From assembly GCA_051880975.1 (NCBI GenBank), contig JBJEOZ010000239.1, positions 33-64,032 of the forward strand: 64,000 nt of DNA. Direction: 5' to 3'. This DNA comes from Ruminococcus sp. GTDB lineage: Bacteria; Bacillota; Clostridia; Oscillospirales; Acutalibacteraceae. The notes beneath the pieces were generated by a model that made no database searches, was not told where the DNA came from, and saw only the letters and a program-made list of their open reading frames with translations. The position numbers were made by a program, and so were the translations under genes. Below are positions 1-9,131 of this stretch, in pieces. Every line of letters starts with the position of its first letter. Positions within the stretch are counted from its first letter, which is position 1.

Positions 1-166
1 CCTCCTGTTTGAATAAACAAAATAATCATCAGCTTTTATGGACAAATTATCATTAATTTGATAAAATAGTTCCATAGCCGTTACAATTATACTATAAGTA
101 AATTGTGACTTTGTCAATATTTATTTCAAAATTTTTATATTTTATTACAAAATTTAAGGAGAAATT

Positions 167-1006
167 ATGCCAAATAAAAAATATGCAGTTATCGGACATC
201 CAATAGGACACACAATGTCACCATTCATTCACAAAAGACTTTTTTCTCTTGCAGGGATTGACGCTGAGTATAATGTTTACGATGTTCCCCCTGAGGAATT
301 AAAGGATACTTTTGAGAGGGAATTGTCAAAGCTAAACGGTTTTAACATAACGATTCCCCACAAACAGGCTATCATTCCATTTTTGGATTATCTTGACCCA
401 AAGGCAAAGCTGTACGGAAGTGTAAACACATTTTTTAACGACAACGGAACCTTTAGGGGCTACACCACCGACCCTGACGGTTTCCTTATGGCACTAAAAA
501 GCGCAGGGATTCCATTTGAGGGCAGAACAGTTATCTTAGGCTGTGGAGGAGTTGCAAGAACAATGGCTTATGAGGCTTTACTTGCTAAAAATGACCTTAC
601 ATTGGCTGTCCGTCCCGACGACCTCACTATGGCTAACGACCTGAAAAAGGAGCTTGACGCCCTTGACGGTGACAATGTCAAGGTTTGCAAAATCTCCGAC
701 TTACAGGGTGATATTGATGTTCTGATTAACGCAACACCTGTGGGAATGTTCCCTCACGATGAAAACTGCCCTGTCAGTGATGAGGTAATCAAAAATTCAA
801 AGTCTGTTTTTGATGCAATTTACAACCCACTTGAAACAAAACTTATAAAGAAAGCAAAGCAAAACGGTGCTTTGGCTGTTGGCGGAATGTCAATGCTTGT
901 TTGGCAGGCTGTTGTGGCACAGACAAAGTGGAATGATGTTGCCTTTGACAAAAACGATATTGACAAGCTGTGCTTGGACTGTCTTGAGGAGTTGAAGAAT
1001 AGATAA
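167..1006 (+). CDS. aroE: shikimate dehydrogenase
   Basis: GHPIGHTMSP, NITIPHK, GSVNT, INATPVG, DAIYNP and GxxMLVWQA motifs. Confidence 0.95.
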   Translation: MPNKKYAVIGHPIGHTMSPFIHKRLFSLAGIDAEYNVYDVPPEELKDTFERELSKLNGFNITIPHKQAIIPFLDYLDPKAKLYGSVNTFFNDNGTFRGYTTDPDGFLMALKSAGIPFEGRTVILGCGGVARTMAYEALLAKNDLTLAVRPDDLTMANDLKKELDALDGDNVKVCKISDLQGDIDVLINATPVGMFPHDENCPVSDEVIKNSKSVFDAIYNPLETKLIKKAKQNGALAVGGMSMLVWQAVVAQTKWNDVAFDKNDIDKLCLDCLEELKNR

Positions 1007-1512
1007 TGAGCAAAAACATTATTTTATGCGGTTTTATGGGGTGCGGAAAAACCACAGTAGGGAAAAATTTACAAAAGCGTTCGGGAATGAATATGATTGA
1101 CACAGACGCCTACATAGAAAAAAATCAAGGAATGAAAATTTCTGAAATCTTTGACAAGTACGGAGAAGCTTATTTTAGGGATTTGGAATATGATGCCTGC
1201 TGTGAGCTTTCCAAAAAATCGGGAATTATCATCTCAACAGGTGGCGGTGCTTTGACATTTCAGAGAAATGTTGAGGCACTTAAAAAGAACGGAACAATAG
1301 TCCTGATTGATGTACCCCTTGACGCAATTAAGGAAAGGCTGAAAAACGACACCACAAGGCCTTTGCTCCAGCGACCTGACAAAGACGAGGCTATGAGGGA
1401 GTTATACGAAAAGAGAATGCCCCTTTACAAAAAGGCGGCTGACATTATTGTTGACGGAGAATTCCCACCGTTACAGGTTGCTTTGAACATTATCCACACA
1501 GCAAAAATCTAA
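1006..1512 (+). CDS. aroK: shikimate kinase
   Basis: GFMGCGKT Walker A, DTD, STGGG, RPLL motifs; overlaps aroE stop. Confidence 0.95.
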   Translation: MSKNIILCGFMGCGKTTVGKNLQKRSGMNMIDTDAYIEKNQGMKISEIFDKYGEAYFRDLEYDACCELSKKSGIIISTGGGALTFQRNVEALKKNGTIVLIDVPLDAIKERLKNDTTRPLLQRPDKDEAMRELYEKRMPLYKKAADIIVDGEFPPLQVALNIIHTAKI

Positions 1513-1539
1513 ATTTTAGGCAAAAAAATGCCCTTACTA

Positions 1540-1568
1540 TTGATATAAACCCACTAAAGTGGTAAAAT
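1540..1568 (+). promoter_or_regulatory. sigma-A-like promoter upstream of DAHP synthase gene
   Basis: TTGATA-17 bp-TAAAAT with TG extension. Confidence 0.55.
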
Positions 1569-1601
1569 ATATAAGTTAGTAATGGAAACGAGGACTAAAT
1601 A

Positions 1602-2606
1602 ATGATTATTGTACTTAAAAGAGGTACCGACAGAAAAACTATTGATGAGTTTTCGGGTGCTTTAAAAAGAACATACAATGTTGATGTAAACGAGTGGCAG
1701 GGCGTTAACGAAACTGTACTTGGTCTTATCGGCGACACCACCACAGTTGACATTGGCACTATCAAGGCGCAGGACATTGTTTACTCTGTTAAGCGTGTTC
1801 AGGAGCCGTACAAAAAAGCAAACAGGAAGTTCCACCCTGAGGACACCGTAATTACCCTTTCAAACGGGACAAAAATCGGCGGAGGAAATCTTACTCTTAT
1901 TGCCGGACCTTGCTCTGTTGAGTCTGAAAGTCAGGTAACGGAAATTGCAAGGGCTGTAAAAGAGTCCGGTGCAACTGTACTCAGAGGGGGAGCATTTAAG
2001 CCGAGAACTTCACCTTACTCCTTCCAAGGGCTAAAGGAAGAAGGTCTTTCCTTGCTGTTTAAGGCAAGACAGGAAACAGGTCTTCCTATTGTTACAGAAA
2101 TTATGAGCGAAGCCGACATTGACCTATTTAGAGATGTTGACATCATTCAGGTGGGTGCAAGAAATATGCAAAACTTCACCCTACTGAAAAAGCTGGGTAA
2201 GCTTGACAAGCCTATTCTTCTAAAGAGAGGACTTTGTGCAACTATTGAAGAATGGCTTATGAGTGCAGAATACATTATGGCTGAGGGCAACGAACAGGTT
2301 ATCCTTTGCGAAAGAGGAATAAGAACCTACGAAAAGTACACAAGGAACACCCTTGATTTGTCCGCTATTCCTATTGTAAAGAGCCTTAGTCACCTGCCTG
2401 TAATCGTTGACCCAAGCCACGCAACAGGACACAGCTGGCTTGTTGAGCCACTTGCTATGGCATCTGTTGCCGCAGGTGCAGACGGACTTATTATTGAAGT
2501 TCACAACGACCCTCCACACGCACTTTGCGACGGAGCACAATCCCTCACACCTGAGGAATTTGACAGCGTAGCCAAGAAGGTTAAGAATATAAAGTCCGCA
2601 CTTTAA
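1602..2606 (+). CDS. aroF: DAHP synthase (type I-beta, N-terminal regulatory domain)
   Basis: [33 protein letters not shown] motifs. Confidence 0.95.
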   Translation: MIIVLKRGTDRKTIDEFSGALKRTYNVDVNEWQGVNETVLGLIGDTTTVDIGTIKAQDIVYSVKRVQEPYKKANRKFHPEDTVITLSNGTKIGGGNLTLIAGPCSVESESQVTEIARAVKESGATVLRGGAFKPRTSPYSFQGLKEEGLSLLFKARQETGLPIVTEIMSEADIDLFRDVDIIQVGARNMQNFTLLKKLGKLDKPILLKRGLCATIEEWLMSAEYIMAEGNEQVILCERGIRTYEKYTRNTLDLSAIPIVKSLSHLPVIVDPSHATGHSWLVEPLAMASVAAGADGLIIEVHNDPPHALCDGAQSLTPEEFDSVAKKVKNIKSAL

Positions 2607-2620
2607 AGGATTGAGCTATT

Positions 2621-3451
2621 ATGAAAATTGCAGTTGTTGGACTGGGAATCATTGGAGGTTCCTATTGCAAAGCCATCAAAAAATACACAAATCATTATGT
2701 AATAGGCATTAACCGCAGTCCTTTACCTCTGGAAAAGGCATATAATTGCGGTGCTATTGATAAAATAGGTACAGTAAACGACCTTAGTGATGTTGACCTT
2801 GTTATTCTTGGTGTTTACCCCGGAGCCGCTGTTCATTTTATTAGGGATAACGGCGACAAAATCAAAAAAGGTGCAATAGTCACCGACACCTCCGGTATAA
2901 AAACAGAAATTTGCAGTGAGCTTACAGACCTTAGCCACAAGTACGGGTTTACATTTGTAGGTGTTCACCCAATGGCAGGAAAAGAGAAAAATGGTTTTGA
3001 TGTAAGCGACGCCGATTTATACAAGGGTGCAAGCTGTATTGTTATCCCCTGTGACGCAAAAGAGGAAGATGTTAAGCTTGTATCCGACTTTAACCTTTCC
3101 TTGGGCTTTGGGGGAATTAAAATTTCTACTCCCGAGGAACACGACAGGATGATTTCCTTTACAAGTCAGCTCCCTCACATTCTTGCCTGTGCCTATGTAT
3201 TATCCCCAAACTGTATGAATCACAAGGGATTTTCAGCAGGCAGTTACCGTGATGTGTCAAGGGTTGCAAACATTAATGCCGAGCTTTGGAGCGAATTGTT
3301 TTTGGACAACAAAAAGCCTCTTTTAAAGGAGCTTGACACACTTATCAACAACATAAAAAGTATGGAAGACGCTATTTCCAATAACGATAAAGAAAAACTA
3401 ATGGCCCTGCTTAGCAAGGGACACGAAATCAAGGAGGCTTTAGGCGAATGA
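2621..3451 (+). CDS. tyrA: prephenate dehydrogenase
   Basis: GLGIIGGS Rossmann motif, HPMAGKE, EHD..ISFTSQLPH. Confidence 0.92.
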   Translation: MKIAVVGLGIIGGSYCKAIKKYTNHYVIGINRSPLPLEKAYNCGAIDKIGTVNDLSDVDLVILGVYPGAAVHFIRDNGDKIKKGAIVTDTSGIKTEICSELTDLSHKYGFTFVGVHPMAGKEKNGFDVSDADLYKGASCIVIPCDAKEEDVKLVSDFNLSLGFGGIKISTPEEHDRMISFTSQLPHILACAYVLSPNCMNHKGFSAGSYRDVSRVANINAELWSELFLDNKKPLLKELDTLINNIKSMEDAISNNDKEKLMALLSKGHEIKEALGE

Positions 3452-4509
3452 AAAAGCTTAAAGTAAATACAGGACGAAAATATGATATTATAATTGACAG
3501 GGGCATTATTGACAAGTGCGGGGAATACATCAAAAAGGTTATTTCCCCTACAAGGGTTACTGTTGTAACAGACAGCAATGTTCACGCACTGTACAGTCAA
3601 AATGTAATTACCTCCCTAAAGCAGTCGGGATTTATAGTATCCGAATTTGTATTTAAGGCTGGAGAAGCCTCAAAAAACTTTAGGACTATCGAGGCTATTT
3701 ACAGCCATCTTGCCGACAACAACATCACTCGCAAGGACATTATCCTTGCCCTTGGGGGCGGTGTAACAGGAGATATGGCAGGCTTTGCAGCCGCAACATA
3801 TTTAAGGGGAATTGAATTTGTTCAAATTCCAACCTCTCTCCTTGCACAGGTCGACTCCTCTGTGGGAGGTAAAACAGGCTATGATATTAAGCAGGGCAAA
3901 AACCTTGTGGGAGCATTTTGGCAGCCAAGTCTTGTGCTCATTGACCCCAACACACTTTCAACCTTGCCTGAAAGATATGTTCACGACGGTATGGCTGAGG
4001 TAATAAAGTACGGCTGTATCAAATCCTTAGGTCTTTTCAGACTTCTTAAAAAGGGTATGGATGAGCTTGACATTGAAAACATCATATACAGATGTGTCTC
4101 TATCAAGCGTGACATAGTTCAGCGTGACGAAACCGAGGCAGGCGAAAGAAAGCTCCTTAACTTCGGTCACACAATCGGTCACGCTCTGGAAAAAATTTAC
4201 GACTACAAGGGACTTTCCCACGGTGAGGCAGTTGCCATTGGAATGGTTATGATTACAAATGCCAGCGAAAAAGAGGGCTTTACTCCAAAGGGTACAACTC
4301 AAAAAATCATTGACCTTTGCAAGCTGTATCATCTTCCGATTCACGACGACAGCTCTATGAGGGATATTGCCTTTGCATCCCAAAGCGACAAAAAGAGCTT
4401 TGGAAGCGGTATTGACATTGTTGTTCTTAAGGCCATTGGAGATGCAACTGTTAAGAATATTGACCACAGAAGGTTCCAGGAATACATTGACGTTACGGAG
4501 GAAGTATAA
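3448..4509 (+). CDS. aroB: 3-dehydroquinate synthase
   Basis: GGGVTGD, YLRG, PTSLLAQVDSSVGGKT, LNFGHTIGHA, HGEAV. Confidence 0.95.
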   Translation: MKKLKVNTGRKYDIIIDRGIIDKCGEYIKKVISPTRVTVVTDSNVHALYSQNVITSLKQSGFIVSEFVFKAGEASKNFRTIEAIYSHLADNNITRKDIILALGGGVTGDMAGFAAATYLRGIEFVQIPTSLLAQVDSSVGGKTGYDIKQGKNLVGAFWQPSLVLIDPNTLSTLPERYVHDGMAEVIKYGCIKSLGLFRLLKKGMDELDIENIIYRCVSIKRDIVQRDETEAGERKLLNFGHTIGHALEKIYDYKGLSHGEAVAIGMVMITNASEKEGFTPKGTTQKIIDLCKLYHLPIHDDSSMRDIAFASQSDKKSFGSGIDIVVLKAIGDATVKNIDHRRFQEYIDVTEEV

Positions 4510-4510
4510 A

Positions 4511-5782
4511 ATGGCGGAGGTTCTTATTAAACCATCCAAACTAAGCGGTACCGTTACCGTTCCCCCATCAAAAAGCGACTGCCACAGAGCCATAATCTGT
4601 GGTGCTCTTTCTATGGGTAAATGTACTATCTCCCCTATATCTCTATCAGAGGATATAAAAGCCACAATATCCTGCATCAACGCCCTTGGTGCAGAAACTG
4701 AAATTAAAGGTGACACACTGACAATAGACAGCAGTCACCTTTTTTCCCGTTGTAAGGCTGATTTTAACTGTAACGAAAGCGGAAGTACTCTGCGTTTCTT
4801 CATCCCTGTTGCCGGAGCACTTGGAATTGAGGGAACTTTCACAGGCAGTGGACTTCTCCCACAAAGGCCAATCGGAATTTACCTTGACGCTCTGCCAAAG
4901 CAGGGTGTGGAGTGCGAAACTAAAGGTGGACTTCCACTAAAAATAAAAGGTCAGCTAAAAAGCGGAACCTTTGAAATTCCCGGCAATGTTTCAAGCCAGT
5001 TTGTAACAGGACTTCTCCTTGCTCTCCCTCTCCTTGAGGGTGACAGCAAAATTATTTTGACCTCACCCCTTGAAAGCGTGGGCTACATAAATATGACCAT
5101 TGACACAATGAAACGCTTTGGTGTTAATGTAGAGGTTACAGATTACGGATACTTTGTAAAGGGAAGTCAACACTACACCCCACAGGACTACACAGTTCAG
5201 GGCGACTGGAGTCAGGCGGCTTTCTTTATGGTTGCAGGGGCTTTAGGCGGTGAAATCACCGTAAAGGGAATTGATTTAAACTCCACCCAAGGAGACAAGG
5301 AAATCTGCAATCTTCTGAAAAGATTTGGTGCAGATGTAACCACCACCGAAAATTCTGTTACAGTAAATAAAGGCAATTTAAGAGGAATAAGCATTGACGC
5401 AAGTCAAATTCCCGACCTTGTACCTGTTTTAGCGGTATGCGGTGCAGGTGCAACAGGTGTTACAAAGATATACAATGCCGAAAGATTAAGAATAAAGGAA
5501 AGCGACAGACTGAAAACAACAATGGAGGCAATAAACAACCTTGGGGGAATGGTTGCCCAGCTTGACGACGGACTTCTCATTCAAGGCGTCGGCTCATTAA
5601 ACGGAGGAAAAGCCGAAGGCTGTAACGACCACAGAATTGTAATGGCAAGTGCAGTTGCCTCAATTATTGCAAGGAATGATGTAATAGTAACCGACAGTCA
5701 CGCTATCAAAAAGAGTTACCCCGACTTTTTTGGGGATTTCAAAAAGCTTGGAGGTAATGTAAATGTCATCAACAATAGGTGA
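4511..5782 (+). CDS. aroA: 3-phosphoshikimate 1-carboxyvinyltransferase (EPSP synthase)
   Basis: PPSKS, ESGSTLR, SSQF, RIKESDR, DHRIVM, KSYP; start moved to the ATG just after the aroB stop. Confidence 0.95.
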   Translation: MAEVLIKPSKLSGTVTVPPSKSDCHRAIICGALSMGKCTISPISLSEDIKATISCINALGAETEIKGDTLTIDSSHLFSRCKADFNCNESGSTLRFFIPVAGALGIEGTFTGSGLLPQRPIGIYLDALPKQGVECETKGGLPLKIKGQLKSGTFEIPGNVSSQFVTGLLLALPLLEGDSKIILTSPLESVGYINMTIDTMKRFGVNVEVTDYGYFVKGSQHYTPQDYTVQGDWSQAAFFMVAGALGGEITVKGIDLNSTQGDKEICNLLKRFGADVTTTENSVTVNKGNLRGISIDASQIPDLVPVLAVCGAGATGVTKIYNAERLRIKESDRLKTTMEAINNLGGMVAQLDDGLLIQGVGSLNGGKAEGCNDHRIVMASAVASIIARNDVIVTDSHAIKKSYPDFFGDFKKLGGNVNVINNR

Positions 5783-6839
5783 AAATATAAAGATTTCCGT
5801 ATTTGGAGAAAGCCACGGTAAGGCAATCGGTGTGGTAATTGACGGACTGCCTTCAGGCCTTACAATAGATATGGACAAGGTGCTAAGGGAGATGAAACGC
5901 AGAGCTCCCGGCAACGACAAAACCGCAACACCAAGAAAAGAGGCGGATTTCCCCGAAATTCTTTCAGGTGTGGTTGACAACACCTTAACAGGCGCTCCGC
6001 TGTGCGCTATTATCCACAACACCAACACAAAGAGCAAGGACTACTCCAACATCAAAAGGTGTCCTCGTCCCGGTCACAGCGACTACCCCGCCTATGTTAA
6101 GTACAACGGCTTTAACGACATTGCAGGTGGCGGACATTTCAGCGGAAGAATTACAGCACCAATCGTCTTTGCCGGTGCAGTTTGTAAGCAAATTCTCCTT
6201 GAAAAGGGTGTAAAGGTAACCGCCCACATAAAGAGTATCGGAAATGTAGCTGACAAGTCCTTTGACCCCTGCAATATTTCAGATGAAACAATAGACAATC
6301 TCCTAAACTCCTCTTTCCCACTTCTTGACAGTAGCAAGGAGGAGGAAATGCGCAAGGAGGTTGCAGACTCAGCCTTTAACAAGGACTCCGTTGGCGGTAC
6401 TATTGAATGTGCTGTTGTAGGTATGAAAGCCGGTATCGGTTACCCAATGTTTGACGGTGTTGAGGGCAGAATAGCCAAGGCTGTGTTTGGAATCCCTGCT
6501 ATGAAGGGCATTGAATTCGGCAAGGGCTTTGAACTTGCCAAAATGCACGGAAGTGAAAGCAACGACAATTTCAGATATGACGAAAATGGCAACGTCTACA
6601 CCACAACAAACAACTGCGGAGGTATTTTAGGTGGCATTACAAACGGTATGCCAATCACCTTTAAGGTTGCAGTAAAGCCAACACCATCTATTGCACAGGT
6701 GCAGGACACAATCAACCTTGAAACCCGCCAAAACGATACCCTTGAAATCAAGGGCAGACACGACCCTTGCATTGTTTTAAGGGCTGTGCCTGTTATTGAG
6801 GCAATCACCGCAGTTACAATTTTGGATTTACTCTCTTGA
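5763..6839 (+). CDS. aroC: chorismate synthase
   Basis: FGESHG, PRPGHSD, GGILGGITNG, KPTPSI, GRHDPC. Confidence 0.96.
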   Translation: MSSTIGENIKISVFGESHGKAIGVVIDGLPSGLTIDMDKVLREMKRRAPGNDKTATPRKEADFPEILSGVVDNTLTGAPLCAIIHNTNTKSKDYSNIKRCPRPGHSDYPAYVKYNGFNDIAGGGHFSGRITAPIVFAGAVCKQILLEKGVKVTAHIKSIGNVADKSFDPCNISDETIDNLLNSSFPLLDSSKEEEMRKEVADSAFNKDSVGGTIECAVVGMKAGIGYPMFDGVEGRIAKAVFGIPAMKGIEFGKGFELAKMHGSESNDNFRYDENGNVYTTTNNCGGILGGITNGMPITFKVAVKPTPSIAQVQDTINLETRQNDTLEIKGRHDPCIVLRAVPVIEAITAVTILDLLS

Positions 6840-6852
6840 GGGAGGATAAGAA

Positions 6853-7989
6853 ATGAGAAATTTGGAAGAAATCAGACTTGAAATTAACGAAATTGACGAA
6901 AAGCTGATTAAGCTTTTTACCCAGAGAATGGAATGTGCAAGGGAAGTTGGTCTGTACAAAAAGGAGAACAACATCCCAATCCTAAACGCCCACAGAGAAC
7001 AGGAAATTTTGGACGAAATGCTGGTCAGGGGCGGAGAATTCGGCTACGCATCACAGCTTTTGTACAGCAACATTATGGAGCTTTCCAGAGCGTTACAGCA
7101 CAACATTGTCGGCTCAGGCAAGGAAATGAAAAAGCTCATTGAAAACGCCGGAAAGGATATTCCCTACACAAAGGACACTCGTGTTGCTGTTCAGGGAATT
7201 GCAGGCGCAAACAATCACGAGGCAACACTAAAAATTTTCCCTGACTGCGAACCACAGTTTTGCAAAAGTTTTAAGGATGTTTTTACATCTATTGAAAACG
7301 GTGACGCCGACTACGGTGTTCTCCCTGTGGAAAATTCCAGCGCAGGCTCCGTCAGTGACGTTTACGACCTTATTTTAAAGCACCGTTTTTACATTGTAAA
7401 ATCTATTGATATGAAAATTCACTACTGCCTTGCCTCTATCCCCCAGGCAAACCTTGAGGATATTGAGGAGGTGTGGTCACACCCACAGGCACTTGCCCAA
7501 TGCAGTAGCAAAATCACAGAAAATAACTACAGAACACTGCCTTCGGCAAACACAGCCGTTGCCGCAAGGGATGTTGCAAAAAGCAAGAGGATTGACCTTG
7601 CCACAGTTTGCAACCGCAGTGCTGTTGAGGAATACGGTCTAAAAATCCTTGAGGAGCATTACGAAAACAGAAGTGACAACACCACAAGGTTTATTGTCAT
7701 TTCCAAAAGGCTGTATATCCCCGAGGACGCAGACAAAATCAGCCTTTGCTTTGCTCTGCCCCACATTACAGGCTCCCTTTACAGTGTGCTTTGCAGATTT
7801 AACTCAATCGGTCTTAACCTTACAAAGATAGAGTCCCGTCCTATTGCCAACAAGCCCTTTGAATATCTGTTTTATCTTGACTTTACTGGTAATGTGGGCA
7901 GTGAAAATGTTATGAATTTGCTGTGTGCTTTAAGCACCGAGCTACCTGAATTCAGCTTTTTGGGCAACTACAGTGAAAAAAAGGCATAG
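6853..7989 (+). CDS. pheA: bifunctional chorismate mutase / prephenate dehydratase
   Basis: N-terminal AroQ-type chorismate mutase, PVENSSAG, NTTRF, ACT domain with ESRP. Confidence 0.93.
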   Translation: MRNLEEIRLEINEIDEKLIKLFTQRMECAREVGLYKKENNIPILNAHREQEILDEMLVRGGEFGYASQLLYSNIMELSRALQHNIVGSGKEMKKLIENAGKDIPYTKDTRVAVQGIAGANNHEATLKIFPDCEPQFCKSFKDVFTSIENGDADYGVLPVENSSAGSVSDVYDLILKHRFYIVKSIDMKIHYCLASIPQANLEDIEEVWSHPQALAQCSSKITENNYRTLPSANTAVAARDVAKSKRIDLATVCNRSAVEEYGLKILEEHYENRSDNTTRFIVISKRLYIPEDADKISLCFALPHITGSLYSVLCRFNSIGLNLTKIESRPIANKPFEYLFYLDFTGNVGSENVMNLLCALSTELPEFSFLGNYSEKKA

Positions 7990-8012
7990 AAAAATAAATA
8001 CGGGAGAATATT

Positions 8013-8276
8013 ATGGAAAAGAATGTTATCTTTACATTGGAGGACGACCTTGGAAACGAGGTTGAATTTGAACTTCTTGATGTAATCACCTACAAAAATG
8101 AAGAATATGCTGTTCTTGTGGAGAACATTCCTGATGTCAAGGACTTTACAATCCTGAAAATTGACAGCATTGACGACAAGGAAGAAGTATATGTAGGCAT
8201 TGATGATGAGGCATTGGTGCAAAAAATCTTTGATATTTTCAAAAAGAATCATCCTGATGACTTTAGGAAAAACTGA
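8013..8276 (+). CDS. small acidic protein, DUF1292-like
   Basis: FTLEDDLGNEVEFELLD..YAVL pattern; RBS-like GGAG upstream. Confidence 0.75.
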   Translation: MEKNVIFTLEDDLGNEVEFELLDVITYKNEEYAVLVENIPDVKDFTILKIDSIDDKEEVYVGIDDEALVQKIFDIFKKNHPDDFRKN

Positions 8277-8317
8277 ATTGTCACATTTAAATTATAAATT
8301 TTGTTTTTATCACAACG

Positions 8318-8345
8318 AAAAAGGCACCCATCAGGGTGCCTTCTC
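8318..8345. terminator. hairpin terminator between convergent genes
   Basis: AAGGCACCC-atca-GGGTGCCTT with an A-run on the left. Confidence 0.7.
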
Positions 8346-8400
8346 CGCTTTAGGATTTTAAAAAATTAACGCGTATAAACGCTCTCGCTATCAATGTTAC

Positions 8401-8667
8401 TTAAGCAATATTCGCATTACCTGTATCACCAAGTAAGTTGAATCTGAAGAGCTTGCTTTCGTCATCCTTGTTGTCACAATAGATGCAAGCCTCTGCAATT
8501 TTGCCGCCTTCGATAAGCTTTGTCAATCCAACGAGCTGACAAAGTTTGCTTTTAAGATTCAAACGGTCACCTTCGCTGGTAACAAGATAAACATTACCCT
8601 CGCAAGTATCGAGCACGGCAAGGAACTTGGTAACATCGATGTCATGAAGATTGATCATAGGTGTCAT
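8401..8667 (-). CDS. HPr-like small protein (88 aa)
   Basis: AAGGAGG RBS before the ATG at 8667; NLKS motif like the HPr Ser46 loop; no GLHARP His15 motif. Confidence 0.65.
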   Translation of the reverse strand: MTPMINLHDIDVTKFLAVLDTCEGNVYLVTSEGDRLNLKSKLCQLVGLTKLIEGGKIAEACIYCDNKDDESKLFRFNLLGDTGNANIA

Positions 8668-8784
8668 AAATTTTTCCTCCTTAAATAAAACAAATAATTT
8701 CGTGCTGCCATTTACCATTTGGCTGTTTACAAAATCGCTTTTTGTTTTGCGATTATCAGGTGGACTATTAACCTGACATCTACT

Positions 8785-8812
8785 ATTATACACATCCTTT
8801 AGTGAATGTCAA
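8785..8812 (-). promoter_or_regulatory. sigma-A-like promoter for the HPr-like gene
   Basis: TTGACA-16 bp-TATAAT on the minus strand. Confidence 0.65.
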
Positions 8813-9131
8813 CAAATACAGAGGGTTTTATTTGTACATAATAACGATAAAAAATAAAAAGTAACTAACATTCACCCTTTCGTTTTATGTAATATGCACA
8901 ACCATTCATTTCTTCGGTAAAACAATTGTTAAATGATTTTAATTTCCTTTAGTGAAAATTATCAATTTATTTCTAAATAAGAAAATATATTTAAGCAAAC
9001 ATACAAAAGATAAAAACAGTTATTTCTATAACTGAATTAAAAGTCGAAAAAAGCCCATTGCAATGGGAATTTGTAATATTATTTTATTTATTGTATAATA
9101 TTGTTGTAAATTTATTTTAAGGGGTATTTTT

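Noticed and set aside
20-85. Minus-strand leader with AAAGCTGATGA resembling a fluoride riboswitch 3' end
   Set aside because: The 5' GGnGAUG..GUUC.CC half is absent; only a generic stem-loop is supported.
4367-4510. N-terminal extension of aroA, with similar extensions for rpsG, serC, TraX and the LRR gene
   Set aside because: Longest-ORF artefacts; homology, and in most cases an RBS, begin at downstream starts.
8830-8905. TTGTGCA-n3-TGCACAA-like sites
   Set aside because: Only one reasonable match; the others are too degenerate in AT-rich DNA.
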